Source of the DNA: Myxococcales bacterium
GTDB lineage: Bacteria; Myxococcota_A; Polyangia; Polyangiales; DASUME01
Length of the DNA stretch: 64,000 nt
Direction of reading: 5' to 3'
NCBI GenBank assembly: GCA_047601445.1
Contig: JASGJH010000001.1
Span: 8,384,001-8,448,000, forward strand
A program made the translations under genes and the position numbers. A model generated the notes under the pieces. It was not told the DNA's origin, ran no database searches, and saw nothing but the letters and a program-made list of their open reading frames with translations. Below are positions 17,898 through 29,217 of this stretch, in pieces. Each line of letters opens with the position of its first letter. The first letter of the stretch is position 1.

Positions 17898-19593
17898 ATG
17901 GCTCGCTATGTGTGGACGACACTCCGGCTCTCGATGGTGCCACTCATGCTCGCGCTGGCAGCGGGGTGTACGTCGAACACGCTGACGCAGAACGGGGGGC
18001 GAACGTCGGAGTGCTCCGAGTCGCAGCGCTCGGATTGCAAACCCGACAAAGGCGCGGGCGATGGCGATGAGCCGGGCGAACAGGGAACTCCGCTGCCTTG
18101 TGATGTGCAGACCCTGTTGGTCGAGCACTGCGGCGAATGCCACGGCCAAAAGCTGCGTTTCGGCGCACCGATGCGTCTCTTGAACCTCGAAGACCTGAAA
18201 GCCAACGCCGGCAAGTCGTCCGATCCCGAGGCGGCGAAGAGCGTGGCAGGACTCAAGGAGTACGAGGCAGTCTTGAAGCGCATCAGCGACACCAAGCGAC
18301 CGATGCCGCAGCCACCCAATCCTGTCCTGACCGCCGCGCAGAAGAAAGTTCTGAAGGACTGGGTCGCAGACGGAGCCCCCGGGCGCGCAGGGGGCGAGAC
18401 CTGCGAGAGTGACCCGCTCACGACCGGCGAAGACCCAGACAAAGGCGACGACGGTGACGAGCAAGACGGCGGCGAGGAGCCCATGGGTGCCCCGTACTGG
18501 GGAGTCGAGCAAAGCGGAGGTCCCGAGGGCTGCGAGACCTACTACGAGTTCCGCGCGCACGGGAAGAAGGGGGAGCACGACGCCACCCCTTACATGGCGC
18601 GCGGCACCGGTCAGAGCATCGGCAACGAGTACCGCTGCTTCTACTTCAAGCCGCCGTGGAACGCAGAGGACGTGGGCCTGTGGTTCGAGCCGCTGATCGA
18701 CAACCAAGAGAATCATCCACCATTGGCTGTTGTACGGAACCGACGTGGCGACGCAGGAGTCAGGCACGTCGGCGCCCTGTCATGCTGCCGAGCCGGGAGC
18801 GTACTTGCTGGCGGGTTGGGCTCCCGGAGCACCGCCCGCCGAGCTCCCCGCCGACATCGGACTGCAGATGCCGACTTCGGGTTTGATCCTGGAGCTCCAC
18901 TATTACAACCAGTCCGGCGCGGCCAAGCCGGACCACAGCGGCGTCAAGCTTTGCACCGCCAAGAAGAACGCCCGCAAGAACACCGCGAGCATCTCGTTCA
19001 CGGGTACCGAGGGTATCTGCCTGCAACCCCAGGCCTCCTACACCGATGCCAATCCATACCGTGACAGCACCGGGGGCAGCGGCGGCAAGTCGCGCGGCCT
19101 GTGCGATCCGAACGACAGCGGCGACATCCACATGTTCCGTCTCTGGCCGCACATGCACAAGCTTGGAACGCACATGAAGGTCACATTGCATCGCAAGGAT
19201 CCCAACAGCGCGTTCGGCGGCGTGACCGACTATGTGGTCTATGACGGAGACTTCGACTTCGCACTCCAGACCACCCATAAGTTTCGCTGGAACGGCCAGG
19301 AGGTCGACGAGCTGATTCTCAAGAGCGGCGACACGATGACCACCGAGTGTTGGTACGAGAACGACACCAACGACAAGGTCACCTTCGGCGAGAGGACCCA
19401 GAACGAGATGTGCTACGGGTTCGTGTGGGCCTGGCCCGTGAATGCCCTGGTCACGAACGACGTGGACTTGAAGCTCGATCCCATCAACGCGATCGGCTCG
19501 ACGATCCAGCCCTCGCGACGCTGTCTGAATCCGACCGGCATCTTCCAGAGCTGCAACGGCTTCCCCGCCGACTATCCCGCGTTTAGCGAGTAG
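17898..19593 (+). CDS. Lipoprotein: c-type cytochrome domain + copper type II ascorbate-dependent monooxygenase (PHM/DBH-like); one-base frameshift at about 18704
   Basis: Lipobox LAAGC; heme motif HCGECHG. Removing one C in AAC-C-AAG gives PLIDNKRIIHHWLLYG, joining ORF 17898 to ORF 18730, which carries LELHYYN, PHMHKLG and NEMCY. Confidence 0.82.
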
Positions 19594-19635
19594 CGGCCCC
19601 CGCCCTACGGAGCAAGACGCCTTCGGGTCGTCGTC

Positions 19636-20490
19636 CTACGGGCATCCGCTCGCGCTGCTCGGGTACAGCTTGTCCTGCTTGTTGAGGGCGCAGTTCTCGG
19701 CGTTGAGCGCCTTACCCTGCTGGCTCGAGCACAACAACTTGCCGCTGATGTGGCCCGAATCACCGCCGAGCACGCCTCCGAGGATCGGGCACGCATCGCC
19801 CTCCTTGAAGTACACGGACGGGCTGCTGGGCGTGCTGGCCACGCAACCACGGCTATCTCCGCCTTCCATGACCAGATCACAGCCGACCGGATAGGGCGCC
19901 CAGGCCGGGCACTCCGCCGTGACGCAGTCGCCGTCGATGTTGACGGGGACATCGACCGCGCAGCCCTCGTCAACCTGGTCGTTGCAGTTGTCGTCCTTGG
20001 CGTTGCCGCAGATCTCCGGGTAGCACTCGCACGCGTCCTTGGGGAACGCGATGCCGGTGCTCTCACAGGGGCCCCAGGCAGGGAACTCTCCGCTCGAGCA
20101 GGCTTGACGCCCCGCGGGACACAGGCCTCCAGCGCTTTCCTTGGGGCCGAAGTAGCAGGCTTGCGTGGCGCCCGGATTGCACGGGCAGTCCTCGTCGACC
20201 AAGCCGTCCTGATCTTCGTCGATGCCGGTATCGCAGCGCTCCTTGCTCGCCGGAGGACGCGCCGATCCGGAGGAGGTTCCGGAGTCCGCCTTATGCTGTG
20301 AGGAATCTCCGGCGTCGCTGCGGTCGTGCTCGCCGCGGGCGTCATCGTCGTCGTCCGAAGAGTCGGTCTGGTCACCCGCGTCAGCGACGTCGTCCGCATC
20401 GCCCGAGGCGCCCGGCGAAATCGTGGGCTCGGCGGCGGAACACCCTGCCCAACACGCCACGCCGACCATCCACACTGCCACTACGCGCAT
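19636..20490 (-). CDS. Cys-rich lipoprotein with MopE-like putative metal-binding repeats
   Basis: Lipobox CWAGC; acidic linker; repeats ERCDTGIDEDQDGLVDE and EICGNAKDDNCNDQVDEGC. Confidence 0.75.
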   Translation of the reverse strand: MRVVAVWMVGVACWAGCSAAEPTISPGASGDADDVADAGDQTDSSDDDDDARGEHDRSDAGDSSQHKADSGTSSGSARPPASKERCDTGIDEDQDGLVDEDCPCNPGATQACYFGPKESAGGLCPAGRQACSSGEFPAWGPCESTGIAFPKDACECYPEICGNAKDDNCNDQVDEGCAVDVPVNIDGDCVTAECPAWAPYPVGCDLVMEGGDSRGCVASTPSSPSVYFKEGDACPILGGVLGGDSGHISGKLLCSSQQGKALNAENCALNKQDKLYPSSASGCP

Positions 20491-20612
20491 CGTTTGCCCC
20501 GGGTTTGGGCGCCGACCCTAGCGCATTCCCGCGCCGAATCGGAGGATTTTTGAACGTCTGTTGGGGGCTTGCTCACAGACGCTGCGGGCCCTGTGGCCTC
20601 GTAGAGCGGCGT

Positions 20613-22826
20613 TCAGGCCTTTCGCGCCGAAGCCCGGCGCGCGCGCACGACATCCAGCGAACTCGGCCCTGTTCGGCTCGACTGCTCGTGCGCAGCGAGG
20701 ACGTTCTCGCACAGGCCGAGCAGGGTCGTCACCAGATCGGGTAGGGGCTGCCCGTCGCGCGCTGCCATCTGGACCTTGCGCGCTGCCTCCGAGATGGTGT
20801 CGAAGCCAAAGCTGCCGCCGATGCCCACCAACTGATGCGCTACCTCCGCGATGCGCTCACAGTCGGAGGCCTCCAGGGCAACGCGAATCTCACCGATATG
20901 GCGGCGCAGCGTCTCCATGAAGTTCGGCATCAAGCGCAACACCTGCTGCTGGGCCAGTGCACTGATCGCGGCGTGCTCGCCGTCCCCTGCCTGCTTGGAG
21001 AGGTTCGCGAGGCGCTCGATGGTCCCGAGCAATGCCGCCCAATCGATGGGCTTGACCAGGTGCGCGTTGCAGCCGACCTCCAGGGAGCGCTCGGCGTGCG
21101 TCGACATGGCGTGTGCGGTCAGGGCTACGATGGGACCGGCATAGTCTGCGGCGCGCAGCTTTCGGACCGCTCCGTAGCCATCGAGCTTCGGCATCTCCAT
21201 ATCCATCAGCACGACCCGGTATCGCTCGCGGCCTTCGAGCACCGCGCTCAGCGCCGCTTGACCGTCGCTCACGACGTCCACGGTGGCGCCCGCCCGTCGC
21301 AGCATCGCGCTGATGAGCCGCTGGTTGTCCAGTCCGTCCTCGGCCAGCAGCACGCGTACGCCCCGTAGGCGCGTGGAGACGTCGGCATGGTCGCTGCTGC
21401 GGTCAGGCTGCGCACGCTGTTGCAACGTCTGAGCGGTGTACGGACGCAGCTCGACGTCCCTGGCGGGCAGTTCGAGCGAGAAGGTGCTTCCTTGACCGGG
21501 TGTGCTGGACAACCGAACTTCGCCACCCATGCTGCGCGCGAGCTTGCGCGAGATGTGCAGACCAAGGCCCGTTCCTTGGTATGCCCGTGCAGCCGAATCG
21601 TCCGCTTGCACGAAGGGCGCAAACAGCCGCGCCTGCGCCTCGGGGCTGATGCCCGGTCCCGTGTCGGTCACGTCGATTACCACGCGACCAGGTACCGCTT
21701 CGTAGCGCGCGCTGAGCCGTACCGTCCCGCGGGTCGTGAACTTGAGGGCGTTGCCCACCAGGTTCGTCAAGATCTGCCGAACCCCGGTGGCATCTGCGCG
21801 CACGTTGATGGGCAGCGGAGTCTCCGCTGTGACCGAGAACCCGAGGCCGCGCTCTGTTGCGTGCAGCCGCATCAACGACTCGACCTCCGACAGCACGCGC
21901 GCCAGCGCGAAGGGTTCCATCGACACCGAGACCTTGCCGGCCTCGATCTTGGCCAGGTCGAGGATCTCGCCGACGATATGCAGCAGGTGCTCCCCATTGC
22001 GGAGAATCACTTCGGCGTGGCTCGCGCGCACGCCCTCGTCCCGCTCCGCTGCGAGCAGCTCTGCATAGCCGAGGATGGCGGTGAGCGGCGTACGCAGCTC
22101 GTGGCTCATGTTGGCGAGGAAGACGCTCTTGGCCTGGTTTGCCGCGTCGGCTTCGCTCTGCGCGCTCTGAGCCTGGGCCGTCGCCAGCGCCAACCTGTCT
22201 GCATGCGCACTCAGCTCCGCGTTCGCCGCTAGCGAGGCGATGAAGTCTCGATACAGCATCCTGCCATGCAGCTGCAGAAACCCGAAGAACATGGCCACGG
22301 CCGCAGCCACTCCCCATGCCTGTCGCACGTCGAGCGAGAGCACGGTCACGAGCGGCGGCACGAGAATGCAGACGAGGTAGGCACGCAGCAGCGGCAGGTC
22401 GGCGTTGAGCGTGGTGACGGCACCCGCGGCGATCCCCGCGGTGGGGATCAGTACCACGATGCTGTTCGCATCGAGCCCGAAGGCGAGCGCGACCGCCGCA
22501 CAACCGCCCCAGACGGTCCCCTGCAGCAGCGCGCCCACACGGAAGCACCAGGTCCAGCGGCCCGGAGCGCGGGCGTAAAGCGCGGGCAGGCGCGCGACGA
22601 CGCCGAGGCGGAAGGCCGAGATGAGCAGTGTCCCGAAGACTAGGCAGAATTTCCAGGAGGTCGGATAGGCGGACGGCGAAACGGTCGCCACCACCAACAC
22701 CGCGAGGACGAACGCAGCGACGATGCCGGACCGCGAGCGCCTGGCCATGATCGTCGCGGCAGCTTCGGCCACGCGGTGTGCCGGAATCTGCGCGAGAGGT
22801 GACGTCCGCTGTCTCATCGGTGTCAC
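20613..22826 (-). CDS. Membrane hybrid sensor histidine kinase (HisKA-HATPase-REC-Hpt)
   Basis: About 5-6 TM helices; [48 protein letters not shown]; Hpt [12 protein letters not shown]. Confidence 0.92.
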   Translation of the reverse strand: MTPMRQRTSPLAQIPAHRVAEAAATIMARRSRSGIVAAFVLAVLVVATVSPSAYPTSWKFCLVFGTLLISAFRLGVVARLPALYARAPGRWTWCFRVGALLQGTVWGGCAAVALAFGLDANSIVVLIPTAGIAAGAVTTLNADLPLLRAYLVCILVPPLVTVLSLDVRQAWGVAAAVAMFFGFLQLHGRMLYRDFIASLAANAELSAHADRLALATAQAQSAQSEADAANQAKSVFLANMSHELRTPLTAILGYAELLAAERDEGVRASHAEVILRNGEHLLHIVGEILDLAKIEAGKVSVSMEPFALARVLSEVESLMRLHATERGLGFSVTAETPLPINVRADATGVRQILTNLVGNALKFTTRGTVRLSARYEAVPGRVVIDVTDTGPGISPEAQARLFAPFVQADDSAARAYQGTGLGLHISRKLARSMGGEVRLSSTPGQGSTFSLELPARDVELRPYTAQTLQQRAQPDRSSDHADVSTRLRGVRVLLAEDGLDNQRLISAMLRRAGATVDVVSDGQAALSAVLEGRERYRVVLMDMEMPKLDGYGAVRKLRAADYAGPIVALTAHAMSTHAERSLEVGCNAHLVKPIDWAALLGTIERLANLSKQAGDGEHAAISALAQQQVLRLMPNFMETLRRHIGEIRVALEASDCERIAEVAHQLVGIGGSFGFDTISEAARKVQMAARDGQPLPDLVTTLLGLCENVLAAHEQSSRTGPSSLDVVRARRASARKA

Positions 22827-22935
22827 CCAGTCATGCTACCCGACGCTGGCTCCGATGGCGCCCGGTTTGCGTCAGGTGACGCGGCAGAGCAGTCGTCACC
22901 GGTGCAGCAAGGTGTGCGGCGATAGGCCGTGAGCG

Positions 22936-25900
22936 GTGTCTGCTCGCTCGGCAGGAGACGGCATACGCCGGGGGGTAGACTGCGTTCTGGAGAAGGACGC
23001 GGTGCGAAGCCGGTACCAAATCCAGCAACAGGTTCATCGGGGCCCTCGCTCGCGGGTCTCCCGCGCAACGCACGTGTCCACCGGCGAACAGGTCATCCTC
23101 AAGCAGAACGCCACCGACGTTCCGATCTCCGCGGCCTTCGCGCGCTCGCAACGAGAGTTCTGCATCGCCTCTCCTATCCAGTCGGAGCACGTGGCGCACT
23201 ACCTGGGCGTCGAGCGCGAGGCCGATAGTGTCGCCGTCATCGAGGAGGTGTTTGGTGACACTTCGCTCGCCGAGCTGCTGCGGTATGGGTCGCTCCCCAT
23301 CGATGTCGCGCTAGCGGTCGCAGTCGAGGTCAGCGCCGGGCTCTGCGACGTTCACGCCCACGACGTGATCCACCGTGCGATTCACCCGGGCAACGTGCTG
23401 GTGGATACCGCGACGTGGCGCGCCAAGATCGCCGATTTCTCCGAGGCGACACTGCTGCAGGAGGTTCCGGAGCCCACGCGCCGCCTGGACGCTGACGCCA
23501 TCCCGCTCCCCTATATCTCGCCGGAGCAGACTGGTCGCATCAATCGACAAGTCGACTACCGGACCGACTTCTACTCGCTCGGAGCGACGCTCTATCATGC
23601 ACTCGCAGGCCATCCACCTTTCGAGCTGGCCGATCCACTGTCGCTCGTGCACGCGCACATTGCCATTGCGCCAACGCGTCTGTCGGTCGTCGATGCATCG
23701 ATCCCGGAACAGATTTCACGGATCGTCGACAAGTTGCTGGCGAAGAACGCGGAGGATCGCTACCAGAGCGCGCGCGGCATCATGGCCGACCTGCGCGAGT
23801 GCCTGGCGCAGTATCGGCGATTGCAGCAGGTGACGGAGTTCCCGCTCGGGCGCTCCGACGTGCCCGAGAAGTTCATCATTCCCCAACGCTTGTACGGCCG
23901 TGCGCCAGAGCGCCAAGCGCTGCTCGACGCGTTCAACGCTGCAGCTCGGGGGCAGAAGCTCCTGTTTCTGGTGCGTGGTAGCTCGGGAATCGGAAAGTCG
24001 TCGCTGGTCAACGAGACCCACAAGCTGGTGCTCGAGCGGCGCGGCCTCTTCGTCTCCGGCAAGTTCGATCCGCTCAAGGGGCATGCACCTTACTCGGTGA
24101 TCGCACAGGCGCTGCGGCAGCTCTGTCGAGGGCTCTTGAGCCTGCCCGAGCAGGATCTCGTGCATTGGAAAGCGGATATCCTCGAGCGTGTGTCGGTCAA
24201 TGCAGGGCTCATCATCGATCTCGCGCCCGAACTCGAGCGCGTGCTCGGTCCTCAGCCTCCGGTGCCGGAAACTGGCTTGACCGAGGCACAGCATCGGTTC
24301 GACTTGACCCTGGTGCGGTTTCTATCGGCGTTCGCCAGCCCCGCGCATCCACTGGTGCTGTTCCTGGACGACCTGCAGCGAGCGGACCCCGCGACGCTGC
24401 ATGCCCTGAGTGAAATCCTGCGACTCCCGGAGCCCACGCACCTGCTGGTCATCGGCGCGTATCGAGACAACGAGGTCGACGCGAACCATCCGCTCACCGT
24501 CACGCTGACTTCCCTGGGCAACGAGGGTGTGGAGGTTCAGGAGGTGCAGCTCGCGAATCTTGCACTCGAACAGGTGAGCGCCCTGCTCGCGGATACGCTT
24601 CGCAGGCCCCCGCCTGAGCTCGCTGACTTGGCAGAGCACGTCATCGGAAAGACCGGGGGCAATCCATTTTTCGTGCACCAACTCCTGCAGACGCTGCACG
24701 ACGAGAAGATCTTGCGATTTTCCACCGAGCTGCGCGCCTGGACCTGGGAGCGGGCGGCTCTCGGGGCGATGAACATCTCCGCCAATGTCGTGGACCTGAT
24801 GTTGCGAAAGCTTTCACGCCTGCCGTCGGCGACCAACGAGGCGCTACAGATCGGCGCCTGTGTCGGGAACCTCTTCGACCTGGAAACGCTATGTGCCGCG
24901 ACCGCGCTCTCGAAGGAGGAGATGCGGGCTCGGCTCGCGCCAGCGGTCCGCGAGGGGCTCCTGGTTCCGCTCGATCCGAACTATCCGCTCGGCCTAGTCG
25001 ATATCACCGAGGAGCAGTCGGCCTCACGCGAACCTCGAGAGCATCCTGATAGCTCCTCCGAAGCCGAGCATGTCAACTATCGATATCGCCTGCTGCACGA
25101 CCGTGTGCAGCAGGCTGCCTACGAGAGCGTTACCGAGTCCGGTAGGCCCGAGGTCCACTTGCGCGTCGGCCGAATCCTTCTCGCCAGGACGAGCATGGAC
25201 TCACGGGGCGCGTTGATCTTCGACATCGTCGATCAGCTCAACCGCGGGGCCCACCTCATTCGGGAGCCCGATCGCAGGCGCGAGCTTGCGGAGCTGAACC
25301 TCGAGGCGGGCAAGCGGGCACGTCTCGGGACCGCCTATCACGAGGCGCTCGCGTACCTGGAGCGAGGCCTCGAACTCTTGTCCACCGAAGCTTGGTCCCT
25401 CGACTATGACTTGTCGTACGCGCTGCACCTGCGCTACGCCGAGTGCGCCTACCTCACGGGTCGCTTCGACGAAGCGCGTGCGTTCGCCGACGCGCTCTTT
25501 TCCAAGCTTCGCACGCCGATCGAGAAGTCGGAGCTGTACGCGATCCTGATTGGACTCGAGACGAATCGCGGCGAGAACGCGCGCGCGATCGCGCTCGGGC
25601 GCGAGGCGCTCTTCGCACTGGGCCATCCGCTCCCTCAGCTGAAGACGACGCTGCCGCTCGTGAGCTTGCTCGCGAAGGTCAAGCTGGCCACGGTCAAGCG
25701 GCCAATCGCGAAGTTGGTCGAGCTCCCGCCGCTGACGGACCCCGTGCTGGTGCCCGTGGTGAACATCCTCAACCACCTCGTACAGCCTGCCTTGTTCACG
25801 GACCCGAAGCTCTTTGCCTGGATCGTGAACGAGAACCTGCGGATCGCCATCGCCCACGGCTTCGCACCCAGCGCCGCCTTCGGTTTCCTCAACTACGGAC

Positions 25901-28900
25901 TCTTCCTGGTCGCACGCAAGCGAGACTACGCGGGTGCACTCGCCATCGGTCAGGTCGCGCTCGACCTGGCCGCGCGTCCGGACGCATTCGCACTCAGGGG
26001 ACGCATCTACGACGCCTACGCCGTATCCGTGAACGCGTACGCCGAGAACCACGTGCGAACGTGTATTCCGCTGCTGAAGCAGGCCATCGAGCTGACGCTA
26101 GAGAGCGGCGACCTCCTCTACACGTCGCTCGCCTCCGCAGCCGTTCCGATGATCATGCTCATGGCGGGCATGCAGCTTGCCGAGATCTGCGACGAAAACG
26201 AGCTGAGACAGCGCTCTACGTGCGCCTTCCGCTACGAAGACATGACGCTCGCGATGCGGATTCTCGGCCAATGTCTGCGCTGCCTGCGCGGCAAGACGCT
26301 GGGGCCCACCAGCTTTGCCACCGACGACCTGGACGAAGCCGCCCTCTTGGCCGAGGTCGAGGCAAGACCCGACCCGCTCTGGCGATCCCTGTTCTTCATG
26401 TGGAAGATTCAGGTCGTTGCGCTGATGGGCGACCACCGAGAAGCCCTCCGGCTCGTCCTCTTGTACGACGACATGATCGAGAGCTCCAATCGCGCGTGGA
26501 TTTGGGCGTCCGAGCACCTCTTCTTTGCCAGCCTCACTCTGGTGGCGGGCCTGCGCGACGCAGCCGACGATTCCTCGCTCGCGGCTCCGACGGCAGATTG
26601 CGACACGGCGGCGCTGCAGCGCTCGCTCGCGCAGAAATTGGGGCTCCTCGCGGAGTGGGCCGCGAGCGCACCGGTAAACTTCCGGCACAAGCACGCCCTC
26701 GTATCGGCCGAGCTAGCAGACCTCGGGGCACGCTTCGAGCAGGCGGGGTTGCTCTACGACGAGGCCGTGAGCGAAGCCGCCGCGAACGGCTTTCCCCAAC
26801 ACGCCGCGCTTGCCGCCGAGCTCGCGGGCCGCGCGTACTTGCGGCGTGGCCGCACCAAGATTGCGCGGGCCTATCTGGAGGACGCTCGTGCGGGCTACGA
26901 AACCTGGGGAGCGCTGGGCAAGGTACGCGCGCTTGATCGAGAGTTTTCCGAGCTGCGGGGCAAAGCGCCCACCCACGCGCAAACCGCCCGCACGCTCGAC
27001 GCCGTCAGCGTGCTGCGAGCCTCCCAGGCGCTCTCGAGCGAGATCGCGTTGCCCACTCTGCTCGAGCACATGATGCAAATGATCGTCCAGACGTCGGGCG
27101 CCCAGCGCGGGTCATTGCTGGTGGAGCAGGCGGGGCGACTGAGGATGGAGGCGCACCTCGATGTCGCGGACAGGGTCGTGGAAGTCCCTGCCGGCGCAGG
27201 CGCCGACGGTCACGGGTTCGTGTCGGACGCCATTGTTCGCTATACGCTGCGGACTGGCGAAGAGTTGGTGCTCGCGGATGCTGCTCGAGGTGGAGAGTTC
27301 ACGCGCGACCCTTACGTGCTGACCCATGGCTCCAGGTCAATCCTCTGCATGGCGGTGCGCCACCGTGACCGCGTGATCGCGGTGCTCTTTCTCGAGAACG
27401 AGCTCTCCGCGGACGTGTTCACGGAGGAGCGGCTCGAAGTATTGCGGCTGCTCGTCGCGCAAGCGGCCATTTCGCTGGAGAACGCGCGTCTCTACGATGC
27501 GCTGCGCGCCCGCGAGGCGTTGCTGCGCGACCTCTTCGAAGGGATGCCGGTGGGGGTCTACGTCGTGGATGCGCAGGGGCGGACTGCGTTCGAGAACCGC
27601 CGGGCCGTGGAGATTCTGGGCGAGGAGCTCGCTCCCACCGCCGAGCTGCGGGCCGCTCAACGAGCCCGTAGCATGCGTCTCGCCGGGACCGACGATCCCT
27701 ATCCCGTCGAACGCCTCCCGCTCATGCGCGCACTGCGCGGTGAGACGGCGATGGAGGACGACATGGAGGTCGTGCGTCCCGATCGGCGTGTACCGATCGC
27801 CGCGTGGGGCACGCCGATTCGTGGGGACGACGGCGGCGTCCGTTACGCGGTCGTCGCGTTCCAGGACATCACGCAGCAGCGCGCCATGGAGGCAGACCGC
27901 ACGCGCCTCGAGGCTCAGTTGCACCAGGCGGAACGTCTCGAGTCGATTGGGCGTCTGGCAGGCGGCGTCGCTCACGACTTCAACAACCTGCTCACGCCGA
28001 TGCAGATCTACGCGGATCTAGCCGCGGACGCGCTACCACCGCAGTCGCCCGTTCGCGCTCAGATCGAGCAGATCCGTCGGTCTGCCGAGCACGCAGCCGA
28101 GCTCACGCGGCAACTCCTTACCTTCGGGCGCAAGCAGGCGCTCGAGGCGCGTGAGCTGGATCTCAATCAAGAGGTGCGCGGCTTCGAGCGACTGTTCCGA
28201 CGCGTGGTACGTGAAGACATCGAGCTGGACCTTCGGCTTGCTCCGGCGCTGCGGCCGGTGCGCGCCGACCCTTCTCAAATCCAGCGCATCCTGATGAATC
28301 TCGCCATGAACGCGGCGGACGCGATGCCCCATGGCGGACGCATTACGATCGAGACCTGTGTTGCCGGCGATTCACCCGGAAGCCGCGACGCGAGCGAGCA
28401 GGAGCCGCGTCCCCCCGTCGCCCTCTACGTGCGAGATACAGGGGTGGGAATGGATAAGGACATCCTCGAGAAGATCTTCGATCCGTTCTTCAGCACCAAG
28501 CAGCCCGGCAAGGGCAGCGGGCTCGGCCTCCCCACGGTGCACGGTCTCGTCAGCCAACATGGCGGGCAACTGTCCGTGCAGAGCGAGCCGGGAAGAGGCA
28601 CCACGTTCGAGATTCTGTTTCCGAGTATCCAAGGAGGAAACGCGAACGCGGTCGGCAAGGCACCCGAAGAGTCTGAGCTTCCAGTGAGTCGCGGCGAGAC
28701 CATTCTGCTGGTCGAGGACGACGATGCCGTGCGCGTTGCATTGCGTCAGGTGTTGATCGGCGACGGCTACCGCGTTGTGGCTAGCGGGAGCCCGAAGGAA
28801 GCGCTGAAGCTCGCACGGGAGCTCGGCGACCAGATGGATCTGGTCATCACCGACCTCGTCATGCCTGTCATGAACGGCCGCGAGCTCTTCGCCCAGCTAT

Positions 28901-29076
28901 CGCGCGAGCGACCTGCGCTTCCGGCGCTCTTCATCTCGGGCTACGCCCAGGACGTGTTGGCCGCTCCCTCGGAGGTCGACGCCGCGGTCGAACTGCTGCC
29001 GAAGCCGTTGTCGACGAACACGCTCCGTTCGAAGGTTCGTGAGGTTCTGGGGCACGCAGCGAAGGGCCGCACCTGA
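22936..29076 (+). CDS. Multidomain Ser/Thr kinase-like + AAA ATPase + GAF + PAS + histidine kinase + receiver
   Basis: Kinase-fold motifs YISPEQTGR and DFYSLG; Walker A GSSGIGKS; Walker B LFLDD; GGNPFF; GAF ...AAISLENARLY; H-box VAHDFNNLL; GSGLGL; REC VEDD..DLVMP. Exact start uncertain. Confidence 0.92.
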   Translation: MSARSAGDGIRRGVDCVLEKDAVRSRYQIQQQVHRGPRSRVSRATHVSTGEQVILKQNATDVPISAAFARSQREFCIASPIQSEHVAHYLGVEREADSVAVIEEVFGDTSLAELLRYGSLPIDVALAVAVEVSAGLCDVHAHDVIHRAIHPGNVLVDTATWRAKIADFSEATLLQEVPEPTRRLDADAIPLPYISPEQTGRINRQVDYRTDFYSLGATLYHALAGHPPFELADPLSLVHAHIAIAPTRLSVVDASIPEQISRIVDKLLAKNAEDRYQSARGIMADLRECLAQYRRLQQVTEFPLGRSDVPEKFIIPQRLYGRAPERQALLDAFNAAARGQKLLFLVRGSSGIGKSSLVNETHKLVLERRGLFVSGKFDPLKGHAPYSVIAQALRQLCRGLLSLPEQDLVHWKADILERVSVNAGLIIDLAPELERVLGPQPPVPETGLTEAQHRFDLTLVRFLSAFASPAHPLVLFLDDLQRADPATLHALSEILRLPEPTHLLVIGAYRDNEVDANHPLTVTLTSLGNEGVEVQEVQLANLALEQVSALLADTLRRPPPELADLAEHVIGKTGGNPFFVHQLLQTLHDEKILRFSTELRAWTWERAALGAMNISANVVDLMLRKLSRLPSATNEALQIGACVGNLFDLETLCAATALSKEEMRARLAPAVREGLLVPLDPNYPLGLVDITEEQSASREPREHPDSSSEAEHVNYRYRLLHDRVQQAAYESVTESGRPEVHLRVGRILLARTSMDSRGALIFDIVDQLNRGAHLIREPDRRRELAELNLEAGKRARLGTAYHEALAYLERGLELLSTEAWSLDYDLSYALHLRYAECAYLTGRFDEARAFADALFSKLRTPIEKSELYAILIGLETNRGENARAIALGREALFALGHPLPQLKTTLPLVSLLAKVKLATVKRPIAKLVELPPLTDPVLVPVVNILNHLVQPALFTDPKLFAWIVNENLRIAIAHGFAPSAAFGFLNYGLFLVARKRDYAGALAIGQVALDLAARPDAFALRGRIYDAYAVSVNAYAENHVRTCIPLLKQAIELTLESGDLLYTSLASAAVPMIMLMAGMQLAEICDENELRQRSTCAFRYEDMTLAMRILGQCLRCLRGKTLGPTSFATDDLDEAALLAEVEARPDPLWRSLFFMWKIQVVALMGDHREALRLVLLYDDMIESSNRAWIWASEHLFFASLTLVAGLRDAADDSSLAAPTADCDTAALQRSLAQKLGLLAEWAASAPVNFRHKHALVSAELADLGARFEQAGLLYDEAVSEAAANGFPQHAALAAELAGRAYLRRGRTKIARAYLEDARAGYETWGALGKVRALDREFSELRGKAPTHAQTARTLDAVSVLRASQALSSEIALPTLLEHMMQMIVQTSGAQRGSLLVEQAGRLRMEAHLDVADRVVEVPAGAGADGHGFVSDAIVRYTLRTGEELVLADAARGGEFTRDPYVLTHGSRSILCMAVRHRDRVIAVLFLENELSADVFTEERLEVLRLLVAQAAISLENARLYDALRAREALLRDLFEGMPVGVYVVDAQGRTAFENRRAVEILGEELAPTAELRAAQRARSMRLAGTDDPYPVERLPLMRALRGETAMEDDMEVVRPDRRVPIAAWGTPIRGDDGGVRYAVVAFQDITQQRAMEADRTRLEAQLHQAERLESIGRLAGGVAHDFNNLLTPMQIYADLAADALPPQSPVRAQIEQIRRSAEHAAELTRQLLTFGRKQALEARELDLNQEVRGFERLFRRVVREDIELDLRLAPALRPVRADPSQIQRILMNLAMNAADAMPHGGRITIETCVAGDSPGSRDASEQEPRPPVALYVRDTGVGMDKDILEKIFDPFFSTKQPGKGSGLGLPTVHGLVSQHGGQLSVQSEPGRGTTFEILFPSIQGGNANAVGKAPEESELPVSRGETILLVEDDDAVRVALRQVLIGDGYRVVASGSPKEALKLARELGDQMDLVITDLVMPVMNGRELFAQLSRERPALPALFISGYAQDVLAAPSEVDAAVELLPKPLSTNTLRSKVREVLGHAAKGRT

Positions 29077-29217
29077 AGGCCTGAGCGCTGCTCGCCCCCG
29101 GGGCGCCGGGAGAGGGGGACGCCTACCTTCTGCGCCCTTGCCCACCAAAAGATGCCGGCCCAGCGGCCGGCGTTGCCGCGCTGGCTTCACCGCGTGTCCA
29201 ATCGGCATGAGGGGTAG

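Noticed and set aside
18700..18720. Programmed ribosomal frameshifting or phase variation at the split genes
   Set aside because: No slippery heptamer, long homopolymer or short tandem repeat at any of the three sites.
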